NCBI GenBank assembly: GCA_018401745.1
Contig: JAGYJY010000026.1
Location: 6,927 to 70,926 of the forward strand
Reading direction: 5' to 3'
From: Pirellulales bacterium
Lineage (GTDB): Bacteria; Planctomycetota; Planctomycetia; Pirellulales; UBA1268
Length of the DNA: 64,000 bases
Part shown: one piece after another, positions 28,181 to 35,708 of the stretch
Numbering within the stretch: position 1 is the first letter of the stretch
Layout: every line of letters begins with the position of its first letter
Translations under genes and position numbers: made by a program
The notes under the pieces: model-generated
Told to the model about the DNA's origin: nothing
Databases searched by the model: none
Seen by the model: only the letters and a program-made list of their open reading frames with translations

Positions 28181-28658
28181 GGAAACGGGACGGGTCCTCG
28201 GGCCGCGAAGCGGCCTCGGCGAAGCCGAGGTGCCTGCGGCACCCGAAGACCCGTCCCGCTTGCGGCCGAACCGGTCCCGGCCGCGAGACCGACGCCGAAG
28301 CCGGCGGCCTGCGGCACCCGAAGACCCGTCCCGCTTGCGCAGCCCTACCCCGCGCCCACCCCGCCCAGCCCCGCCTTCCCCGGCCGCAGATCGCCGCGAA
28401 GCGGCGAACAGGCCGTCCTTAAACCCGTAAGCGAGGGGTGAGCCCGGGCCGAATGAGCCGGCCTTGCAGTCGAGCGAAGCCCGGAGGGCGAAAGCGAGAA
28501 TGCACGAGTGAGCGAAGCCAGGATGGCGAAGCGAACGCTCGGCGAATCGGCTTGGGCTCACCCCGAGCGACCCCGAACGCTCGGCGAATCGGCTTGGGCT
28601 CACCCCGAGCGACCCCGAACGCTCGGCTCATCGGCCCGGGCTCACCCCGAGCGACCCC
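28181..28658 (+). repeat. Composite structured intergenic repeat element, copy B
   Basis: Same hairpin module (28181-~28265, partial second copy ~28307-28345), same core (28418-28658) and the same 3 x 42-nt units (28533-28574, 28575-28616, 28617-28658) as copy A. Lies between the convergent topA and acpS genes. Confidence 0.9.
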
Positions 28659-28673
28659 TTGGAGCTCGGCGAC

Positions 28674-29072
28674 TCACTCACCTCCAGGCAGCTCATCCAG
28701 GGCCACCGCGTAGGCCGTGGCATGCGAGCGACAGTGCGAGATACTCACCAGAACGCAGCGAATGCCGAGTTTCTCGGCGATCTCCAGGGTGCCTCCCTGG
28801 AGCCGAGCCACAGGCCGGCCAGCGGCGGTGTTGCGAACCTCGATGTCTCTCCAGCTGATACCCCGCCGCCAGCCTGTGCCAATCGCCTTGAGCACGGCCT
28901 CTTTGGCAGCCCAGCGTCCGGCGAAGTGCTGGGTGGCCATGCGACGGCTGCGGCAGTAGTCGATTTCGTGCGGCGTATACACGCGGCTGACGAAGAGCTC
29001 GCCGTGCCGCTCAATCATCTGGGCGATCCGCAGGCATTCGGTGATGTCGGTGCCGATTCCGAGCACACTCAT
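28674..29072 (-). CDS. acpS: Holo-[acyl-carrier-protein] synthase
   Basis: [26 protein letters not shown] and 132 aa. Its start overlaps the trpS stop by 4 nt. Confidence 0.88.
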   Translation of the reverse strand: MSVLGIGTDITECLRIAQMIERHGELFVSRVYTPHEIDYCRSRRMATQHFAGRWAAKEAVLKAIGTGWRRGISWRDIEVRNTAAGRPVARLQGGTLEIAEKLGIRCVLVSISHCRSHATAYAVALDELPGGE

Positions 29073-30091
29073 GATCGAGCCCCCGCGCGACGGCTGAGGC
29101 CGCAGGCGGCACGAGCACGATCGAGCACCTGCTGTGCCTGCTCGCGGGCCCGGGCGGCACCGTCGTCGAGGATGCCGGCGATGGTGGCTGGGTCGGCTGC
29201 GAGTTCGGCCCGACGGCCGCGGGCGTCGGCGAAGAACTGCTCCGCGGCTGCGTGCAGGGCCTTCTTGATCTCACCGTAACCGAAGCCGCCGCGGCGATAG
29301 GTTTCCGCCATGGAAGCGGTTTCTTCGGGCGAGGCCATCAAGCGATAGAGCTCGAAGAGGTGGTCGGTCTCAGGATCCTTTGGATCTTCCATCGGGCGGG
29401 AGTCGGTGGTGATCCGCATGATCTTTTTCTTGACTTTCGAGGGCTCCTCAAACACCTGGATCGTGTTGTCGTAGCTCTTGCTCATCTTCTGGCCGTCGGT
29501 GCCGGGCACCCGTGCGGCCGTCTCCAGCACGCGGGCCTTGGGGAGCGTGAAGACATCGCCGTAGAGGTGGTTGAAGGTGCCGGCGAGATCGCGGCAGACC
29601 TCCACATGCTGCACCTGGTCGTCGCCGACGGGAACGGTGGTCGCGTCGTAGGCCAGGATGTCGGCCGCCATGAGCACGGGGTAGGTGAAGAGCCCCGCGT
29701 CGGCCGGCAGCCCCTTGGCCTTCTTTTCTTTGTAGGCGTGGCACCGCTCGAGAAGGCCCATCGGCGTGACCGTCAGGAGCAGCCAGGTGAGTTCTGTGAC
29801 CTCAGGCACGTCCGACTGCACAAACAGCGTGGCCCGGGCAGGGTCGAGGCCGAGGGCGACGAGATCGAGTGCCGCATCGTGGACGTATTCCCTCAGCAGC
29901 TGCGGATCGCGGACCGTGGTCAACGCGTGCAGGTCGGCAATGAAGTAGTAGGCGTCGCCGGCATGCTGGAGGTCGATGTATTGCCGGATGGCACCAAAGT
30001 AGTTGCCCCAGTGGAAGCGGCCCGTCGGCTGGATGCCGGAGAGCACTCGCAGCCGGTCAGGCTCCTGGGAGGTGGGCTCGGGGGTGGTCAT
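29069..30091 (-). CDS. trpS: Tryptophan--tRNA ligase
   Basis: Class I synthetase motifs: [15 protein letters not shown] (HIGH-type) and KMSKS. 340 aa. Confidence 0.92.
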   Translation of the reverse strand: MTTPEPTSQEPDRLRVLSGIQPTGRFHWGNYFGAIRQYIDLQHAGDAYYFIADLHALTTVRDPQLLREYVHDAALDLVALGLDPARATLFVQSDVPEVTELTWLLLTVTPMGLLERCHAYKEKKAKGLPADAGLFTYPVLMAADILAYDATTVPVGDDQVQHVEVCRDLAGTFNHLYGDVFTLPKARVLETAARVPGTDGQKMSKSYDNTIQVFEEPSKVKKKIMRITTDSRPMEDPKDPETDHLFELYRLMASPEETASMAETYRRGGFGYGEIKKALHAAAEQFFADARGRRAELAADPATIAGILDDGAARAREQAQQVLDRARAACGLSRRAGARS

Positions 30092-30109
30092 GATTCTCTC
30101 TTGAGGTGA

Positions 30110-31108
30110 TCAGCGAGGAGGCGCCGCGGCAGCCGACGTGGCTCCTGGGGGAGTGAGGCTGCCGATCAGGTCGGTAGCCGCTGAGACACCCGCCTCGGCA
30201 AGGGCGGAGGGAAGCTGGTCGAGCAGCCGCCCCGCCACTGATGGATCGGTGAAACTGACGGTGCCGACCTGTACGGCCGAGGCGCCGGTGACGAGAAACT
30301 CCATCACGTCGTCGAGCGTGGCAATGCCACCGACACCCACGATCGGCACATCGACTGCCTGCGCGACCTGATAGACGCACCGCAGAGCGATCGGCTTGAT
30401 CGCCGGCCCGCTCAGCCCGCCCATGCCATTGCCGAGCATGGTGCGACGGCGACGCCAGTCGACGACGATTCCCAGGCAGGTGTTGACGAGCGTCACGGCA
30501 TCGGCCCCGCCATCAGCCGCGGCCCGGGCGATGGCCACGATGCTTGTGACATTGGGGGAGAGCTTGGCAAGCACCGGCAGGCGTGTCGCCTCACGGACGC
30601 CCGCCACCACCCGTCGACACATCTCCGGATCGCTGGCGAGATCGACGCCATGGCTGACGTTGGGGCAGGAGATGTTGAGTTCGAGAGCCGCGATGCCAGG
30701 CACACCGTCGAGCCGGGCGGCCAGCCCAACAAACTCCTCGGCACTGCCTCCGGCGATGCTCACCACGACCGGAGCCCCGCAGTCGGCAAGCCAGGGCAGC
30801 TGCTTCTCGAGAAACGCCTCGACCCCATCGTTGTCGAGGCCAATCGAGTTGAGCAGGCCGCCGGTGGTTTCCACGGTTCGCCAGGGATGGTTGCCCCGCC
30901 GGGGAAGCAGCGTGATTGTTTTGGGCACAACGGCCCCAAGCCGACCGACCGGAACATAGTCGGTCATTTCGCGGCCGTAGCCGAAGGTGCCCGAAGCGAC
31001 CATGATCGGGTTGGGAAGCTCAAGCCGACCAAGCTTGACCTGCAGCGACGCTGCGGGCGGGGCATCGATGCGGCCAGAAACACCGGCAGATGTTGCGGAG
31101 AGAGACAT
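30110..31108 (-). CDS. pyrD: Dihydroorotate dehydrogenase, class 1 catalytic subunit
   Basis: LELPNPIMVASGTFGYG, ELNISCPN, NTCLG and IVGVGGI are characteristic of class 1 DHODH. Confidence 0.88.
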   Translation of the reverse strand: MSLSATSAGVSGRIDAPPAASLQVKLGRLELPNPIMVASGTFGYGREMTDYVPVGRLGAVVPKTITLLPRRGNHPWRTVETTGGLLNSIGLDNDGVEAFLEKQLPWLADCGAPVVVSIAGGSAEEFVGLAARLDGVPGIAALELNISCPNVSHGVDLASDPEMCRRVVAGVREATRLPVLAKLSPNVTSIVAIARAAADGGADAVTLVNTCLGIVVDWRRRRTMLGNGMGGLSGPAIKPIALRCVYQVAQAVDVPIVGVGGIATLDDVMEFLVTGASAVQVGTVSFTDPSVAGRLLDQLPSALAEAGVSAATDLIGSLTPPGATSAAAAPPR

Positions 31109-31412
31109 GACGCTCCAGGGAATCGCGGCGGCCCGTGGACCGCGGAAAGATGGCGTGCACAGTCGGAGTGTAGCCGGTTTTCCCAGAGCCCCCAGCCCCG
31201 CCCGGCCGTGCGGGGCATGACAAAAAAACGGATTGAATCAAGTTTGCCGGTCGCATCGGTCGATGCAGTTCTCGGATGTCAGCGTGCAGGTCTGATGAGC
31301 CCTCGGCTTATTTGACTGAAAACCGTTGGCAGTACTAGGCTTCGGGCGTTTTTCGCGTTTCTTGAGCGTCGCCGAAAGGCTGCGTCGAGCAGATGCCGGG
31401 AGGGCCCGAGGC

Positions 31413-31751
31413 GTGACCAAAAAGGACATCGTTCGAACGATCGCGGAGGCGACCGGACTCCCCCACAAAGAAGCCAGGCAACTGGTCCAAACGACGTTTG
31501 ACACGCTTGTCGACACGCTCGTGCGGGAAGGCCGAATCGAACTGCGAAACTTCGGTGTTTTTGAGATCAAGCAACGCAAGGCAAGAATCGGCCGCAACCC
31601 GCGAACCGGCGTCGAAGTGCCGGTGATGGCAAGACGGGTCGTGGTGTTCAAACCTGGCAAGCAGATGGAAGCGAAGGTGCAGGCAGCGGGAGATCCCGGC
31701 CAGCCTGCACCGGATGATGACCCGGGCGAGCCTGAAAGCGACGGCTCATAA
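31413..31751 (+). CDS. HU/IHF family DNA-binding protein
   Basis: TKKDIVRTIAE..RIELRNFGVFEIKQRKARIGRNPRTGVEVPV.ARRVVVFKPGK is the HU/IHF fold signature. GTG 31413 is preceded by GGGAGGG; the listed ORF start at 31326 is probably too far upstream. Acidic Pro-rich tail. Confidence 0.8.
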   Translation: MTKKDIVRTIAEATGLPHKEARQLVQTTFDTLVDTLVREGRIELRNFGVFEIKQRKARIGRNPRTGVEVPVMARRVVVFKPGKQMEAKVQAAGDPGQPAPDDDPGEPESDGS

Positions 31752-31945
31752 CCCCTCACCCCGCCAGGGGCCGAGGGCATCGACGCAGGATGCAGGAGAT
31801 GCACAGGATGGACGGATTCATCAGCCGCTTCGCCAACCGTACTTCGAAGCCGCACGCCCGCCAGCCGTTTGTTCGTGAAACTGGCGGCGCGTGCACGAGT
31901 GAAAAAGGTGGCCACCCCACGCCATCTGTCATGGAGGATCGGCTG

Positions 31946-32179
31946 ATGCGGACAACGCCTAGGTTCACCTTCACGTGGCTGATGCTCGTCGCCACGGTGC
32001 TTTCGACCAGCACCGGCTGCCTGATTCCCATGTATTCAGGAGACCCGGTGCGACGCGCCAAGCAGCTGATCCACACATCTGAGGATCTGCGGGCCATCAC
32101 CGACGAGTGGGAGCGGATCTGGTTCCTCGACCAGCCCTCGCACATGAAGCCCTACCGCACCCACGGCGGCATCCTCTGA
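31946..32179 (+). CDS. Small hypothetical lipoprotein
   Basis: ATG 31946 gives MRTTPRFTFTWLMLVATVLSTSTGC, a signal peptide with a lipobox-like STGC. 77 aa. Confidence 0.5.
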   Translation: MRTTPRFTFTWLMLVATVLSTSTGCLIPMYSGDPVRRAKQLIHTSEDLRAITDEWERIWFLDQPSHMKPYRTHGGIL

Positions 32180-32192
32180 TCTGCGTCGCCGT

Positions 32193-32675
32193 TTAGAGCC
32201 TGATCTTCGAGGCCTGCTCGACAATCTGCTCGAGCGGCACGAGGTCGCCCTTGTTGCACCCGGGACAGGCTTCCGCCGCCTCGTCCCAGGCCTCACGGCT
32301 GCGAAGATTGGAGTTCCAAAACGGCCAGGTTCGGCACTGCCGCGGCCGCGTGTCGTACACGGTGCAGCGTCGCGTCTCCTTGTCGAGCAACACGCAATCA
32401 CCGCCGGCCCGTTCCTTGAGCGAGCGGCGAATCCCAACCCGCTTCACATATCGCCGCTCGAAGGTCTCCTGCTTCATGCCGAGGGCTGCGGAGATCGCCT
32501 CGACCTCCTCCTGATTGACCCAGACGTAGCCCTCAGCACCGGTGCAGCAATCGCCACACTGCGTGCAGCGAAATCGCAGCCCATCGGCATACCAAGGCTC
32601 GCTCGTCGCTTGTGATGCTTTTCCAGACGTCGCCATTGCTTCCCTCCAGCAGTGTTCCAGCACTCGTCGCGACAC
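32193..32675 (-). CDS. YkgJ family cysteine-cluster protein (CxxCxxCC putative Fe/Zn-binding)
   Basis: FRCTQCGDCCTG, plus downstream C..C pairs (RRCTVY, RQCRTWPFW, CPGC), is typical of UPF0153/YkgJ. Confidence 0.75.
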   Translation of the reverse strand: MSRRVLEHCWREAMATSGKASQATSEPWYADGLRFRCTQCGDCCTGAEGYVWVNQEEVEAISAALGMKQETFERRYVKRVGIRRSLKERAGGDCVLLDKETRRCTVYDTRPRQCRTWPFWNSNLRSREAWDEAAEACPGCNKGDLVPLEQIVEQASKIRL

Positions 32676-32684
32676 CTCGGGGGG

Positions 32685-33866
32685 TCAGCTCGGAGCCATG
32701 CTGGCAAGCTCCCCGACCGTCTCCACGATCATCCGCACATCGTCATGGCTGTTGAAGAGGCCGAAACTGGCCCGCACGGTGCCCTCGGGCGTGCCGAGCC
32801 AGCGGTGGATCTCAGCGGCGCAGTGAAAACCGCTCCGCACCTGCACACCAGCCGCCACCTCCAAGGCCGCCGCCACTTCCGCCGGAGCATAGTGCTCCAC
32901 CAAAAAACTCACAATCGGCGGGCCGCCCTCAGCAGCCACCACCCGCACGCCAGCGATCGACGCAAGCTCCGAGCGACAGTCTGCTGCCAGCTGCCTGCCC
33001 GCTGCCTGCGACGGCTCCGTCGTGTCCTGCAGCCGCCACCAGCGTTCCGCAGCCACGAGCCCGGCGGCTGCTGCCAGGTCGGACGTGCCCGCCTCATGGC
33101 GAGCGGCAAACGCCTCCGGCATCTCCAGCGTGTCGCTGTGCAGCCCGGTTCCTCCCTGTACCAACGGCTCAGGCTCCACGCCCTCGCGACACCAGAGGCA
33201 GGCATTGCCATGCGGAGCGAGCAGCCACTTGTGGGCCGGGGCCACGATCACATCTGCCAGCTGCTCGGCCTCGAGGGGCAGCACGCCGGCGGTCTGAGCC
33301 GCATCGAGGACAACAAGGCCGTCGCGTTCTCGGGCGATCCTCGTGATCGCTCGGGCATCCTGCACGGCGCCGGTGACGTTGGACGCATGCGACATCACCA
33401 GCAGCCGCGTGCTCGGCCGCCAGCTACGGGCGATGGCATCTGGGTCAACCAGCCCCGCAGCATCACACGGCACCACCGTCATCTCGATCAGACCGCGGCG
33501 AGCAAGCCAAGCGAGCGGACGCAGCGTGGCGTTGTGGTCGGCAGCGGAGGCGATCACATGATCGCCCTCCGCAACGAGCCCATGGATGGCGATGTTGAGC
33601 CCAAGCGTCGCGGTGGGGGGCATCGCAATCCGCTGTGGGTCGACACCGCCAAGCAGCCGCGACCATGCCCGCCGGGCCTCCTCGATCACGCCAGCGGCCT
33701 CCACCGCCTCGCGGTAGCCGCCGCGGCCCGCCGCGACACCAAGTTCGCTGGCCGCTCGCTGCCAGGCGGCCAGCACCTCAGGCGGCTTCGGCCAGCTGGT
33801 GGCTGCCTGATCGCAGTAGCGGCGCGGTGGCCGTGGCGGCGGAGTCACATCAGCCTCCGATCTCAT
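32685..33866 (-). CDS. Aminotransferase class V / cysteine desulfurase family protein
   Basis: PLP fold-type I class V features: ADHNATLRP, MSHASNVTG, and PAHKWLLAPHG (Lys of HK as the Schiff-base candidate). Start ATG 33866 overlaps the moaA 3' end by 17 nt. Confidence 0.75.
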   Translation of the reverse strand: MRSEADVTPPPRPPRRYCDQAATSWPKPPEVLAAWQRAASELGVAAGRGGYREAVEAAGVIEEARRAWSRLLGGVDPQRIAMPPTATLGLNIAIHGLVAEGDHVIASAADHNATLRPLAWLARRGLIEMTVVPCDAAGLVDPDAIARSWRPSTRLLVMSHASNVTGAVQDARAITRIARERDGLVVLDAAQTAGVLPLEAEQLADVIVAPAHKWLLAPHGNACLWCREGVEPEPLVQGGTGLHSDTLEMPEAFAARHEAGTSDLAAAAGLVAAERWWRLQDTTEPSQAAGRQLAADCRSELASIAGVRVVAAEGGPPIVSFLVEHYAPAEVAAALEVAAGVQVRSGFHCAAEIHRWLGTPEGTVRASFGLFNSHDDVRMIVETVGELASMAPS

Positions 33867-34869
33867 ACATCGACCGCTGCGGCCGCTCGAAACTCGGCGT
33901 GCCGATCCCATGGGCCGCCCGTTTGGCGGCAACGCAGGCCGCCATCAGCTCGGCGATCGCCGCATTGTCGCCTCCCTCGCGGAGCAGTCGCCGCACGTCC
34001 CACTCCTCGATGGAGAAGAGGCAGTTGCGAAACTGCCCGTCGGCGGTCAGCCGCAGGCGATCGCAGCGATCGCAAAACGGCTGCGTCACCGGATCGATGA
34101 ATCCCACCAGGCTCCCCGCGGCACCCTCGGCAACGTCGCTGTAGCGGTAGTCGACTGCGGGCTGCCCCGGGTCGGCGACGTCGATCGGCAGCAGCGGTCC
34201 AAACGCTCCTTCGAGCAGGCCGCGCACCTCCAGGCCCGAGAGCACCTGCGGCTCCGACCAGCGGTGGTCGGCATCGAGCGGCATAAACTCAATGAACCGC
34301 AGGTGAAAGCCCTCGCGGCGGGCAAAGGCCGCCAGCGGCACGATCTCACCTTCGGAGAGCCCGCGGATGGAGACGGCGTTGAGCCGAATCTCCGCAAAGC
34401 CCACCCGCTTTGCTTCGGCAAGCCCGGCGAGCACCTGCTCCAGCCCCTTGCTCCGTGCGATCTCCTGAAACACCTCCTCGCTCAGGCTGTCGAGACTGAC
34501 GTTGAGTCGCATCAGCCCGGCTGCTGCGAGCCCCGCCGCCTGCTGGCCGAGGAGTATGCCATTGGTCGTCAGCGCCACCTCGTCGATGCCGTCGATCGCG
34601 ACAAGGCGGCGGACCAGGTCGTCGATATCCCGCCGCACGAGGGGCTCACCGCCGGTCAGCCGCACGCTCCGCACGCCCAGCCCGGCCGCCACGGCGACCA
34701 CGCGAGCAATCTCCTCAAATGTCAGCAGCTCTTCCCTCGGCTTGAATGTCACATCCAGCGGCATGCAGTAGCTGCAGCGGATGTTGCAGCGATCCGTCAC
34801 GCTCACCCGAAGATCGGTGTGGAGGCGGCCGAACCGGTCACGGAGCTGAGTATGTGTGGAGCCGTTCAT
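33850..34869 (-). CDS. moaA: GTP 3',8-cyclase
   Basis: Radical SAM cluster VTDRCNIRCSYCMP, LTGGEPL and a C-terminal CDRCDRLRLTADG cluster. ATG 34869 overlaps the moaE stop (ATGA). Confidence 0.9.
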   Translation of the reverse strand: MNGSTHTQLRDRFGRLHTDLRVSVTDRCNIRCSYCMPLDVTFKPREELLTFEEIARVVAVAAGLGVRSVRLTGGEPLVRRDIDDLVRRLVAIDGIDEVALTTNGILLGQQAAGLAAAGLMRLNVSLDSLSEEVFQEIARSKGLEQVLAGLAEAKRVGFAEIRLNAVSIRGLSEGEIVPLAAFARREGFHLRFIEFMPLDADHRWSEPQVLSGLEVRGLLEGAFGPLLPIDVADPGQPAVDYRYSDVAEGAAGSLVGFIDPVTQPFCDRCDRLRLTADGQFRNCLFSIEEWDVRRLLREGGDNAAIAELMAACVAAKRAAHGIGTPSFERPQRSMYEIGG

Positions 34870-35390
34870 AGGCCGGGCCGCTCCTCTCCGTGCACCCAGC
34901 ACGGCTTTGCGTTGGCGGTGTGCTCTCGCTTCCAGACAGGCACACTCGTCTTGAGGCGGTCCATCAGCCAGGCCGTGGCCGCGAAGGCTGCGGCCCGATG
35001 CTGGCTGGCCACCACCACCGCCACACTCGCCTCGCCCACCTCGACCACGCCGAGCCGGTGCACGATGCCACAGCCCTCGAGTGAAAACCGCTGCAGAGCC
35101 TCATTCTGCAGACGAGCCAGGCAGGCGATGGCCAGCGGCCGGTGCGCCTCATACTCCAGCCGCTCGGTGATCACGTCGCCCGTCGCACGGCGTGTGGTGC
35201 CCACAAAGACGACCACAGCCCCTGCAGTGTCTGCTGCCACCTGCCGCCTCAACAGCTCAACATCGATCGGGCCATCGACCAGCTGCGGGGCCAGGCCATG
35301 CCGGCGATCATGCGCGTCGGTGGCCAGGGGGCCTGCTGCCTGTCTCTGCGGCATTGCTGCCTCCGCCATCTCAGCGCCTCCTTCGTTCAT
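34866..35390 (-). CDS. moaE: Molybdopterin synthase catalytic subunit
   Basis: GAVVVFVGTTR..LEYEAHRPLA..VHRLG.VEVGE.SV.VVVAS.HR..AF..WLMDRLK..VP.WK matches the MoaE family. Its start overlaps the moaD stop (ATGA 35387-35390). Confidence 0.85.
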   Translation of the reverse strand: MNEGGAEMAEAAMPQRQAAGPLATDAHDRRHGLAPQLVDGPIDVELLRRQVAADTAGAVVVFVGTTRRATGDVITERLEYEAHRPLAIACLARLQNEALQRFSLEGCGIVHRLGVVEVGEASVAVVVASQHRAAAFAATAWLMDRLKTSVPVWKREHTANAKPCWVHGEERPGL

Positions 35391-35638
35391 CCACCGCTGA
35401 CGGGCGGGATCACAGCCACGTCGGCCTCTGGAGGCACCTGGTCCTCATCGCGGCAGTACCTCTCCCCGACCGCAATCGCGCTGCGATCAAGCAGCGACGC
35501 TGCAGCAGGATAGCGGTCTCGCAGCTGCCCTCGGAGTTCGGCAGCCGTCCCGCCCTGCCAGGCAAGTTCCACCTCCCGCTGGCCAACGCATTCAGCCACT
35601 CCGGCAAAGAGCATGATCGTGAGCGGACGACCGTCCAT
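35387..35638 (-). CDS. moaD: Molybdopterin synthase sulfur carrier subunit
   Basis: Ubiquitin-like small protein ending in the diagnostic ...VAVIPPVSGG. Start is ATG 35638 or 35614. Confidence 0.8.
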   Translation of the reverse strand: MDGRPLTIMLFAGVAECVGQREVELAWQGGTAAELRGQLRDRYPAAASLLDRSAIAVGERYCRDEDQVPPEADVAVIPPVSGG

Positions 35639-35708
35639 CAGAAACCCATCTGGGATGCAGGAAAAACGGGGCTGGCGAACCCCCAGCATGTCTTGAGTGT
35701 ACCGACAG

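Noticed and set aside
32652-35400. Long + strand ORFs (32652..34100, 33910..35400) across the moa / aminotransferase region
   Set aside because: They are antisense to four motif-supported minus-strand genes, and their sequences are Arg/His/Pro-rich.
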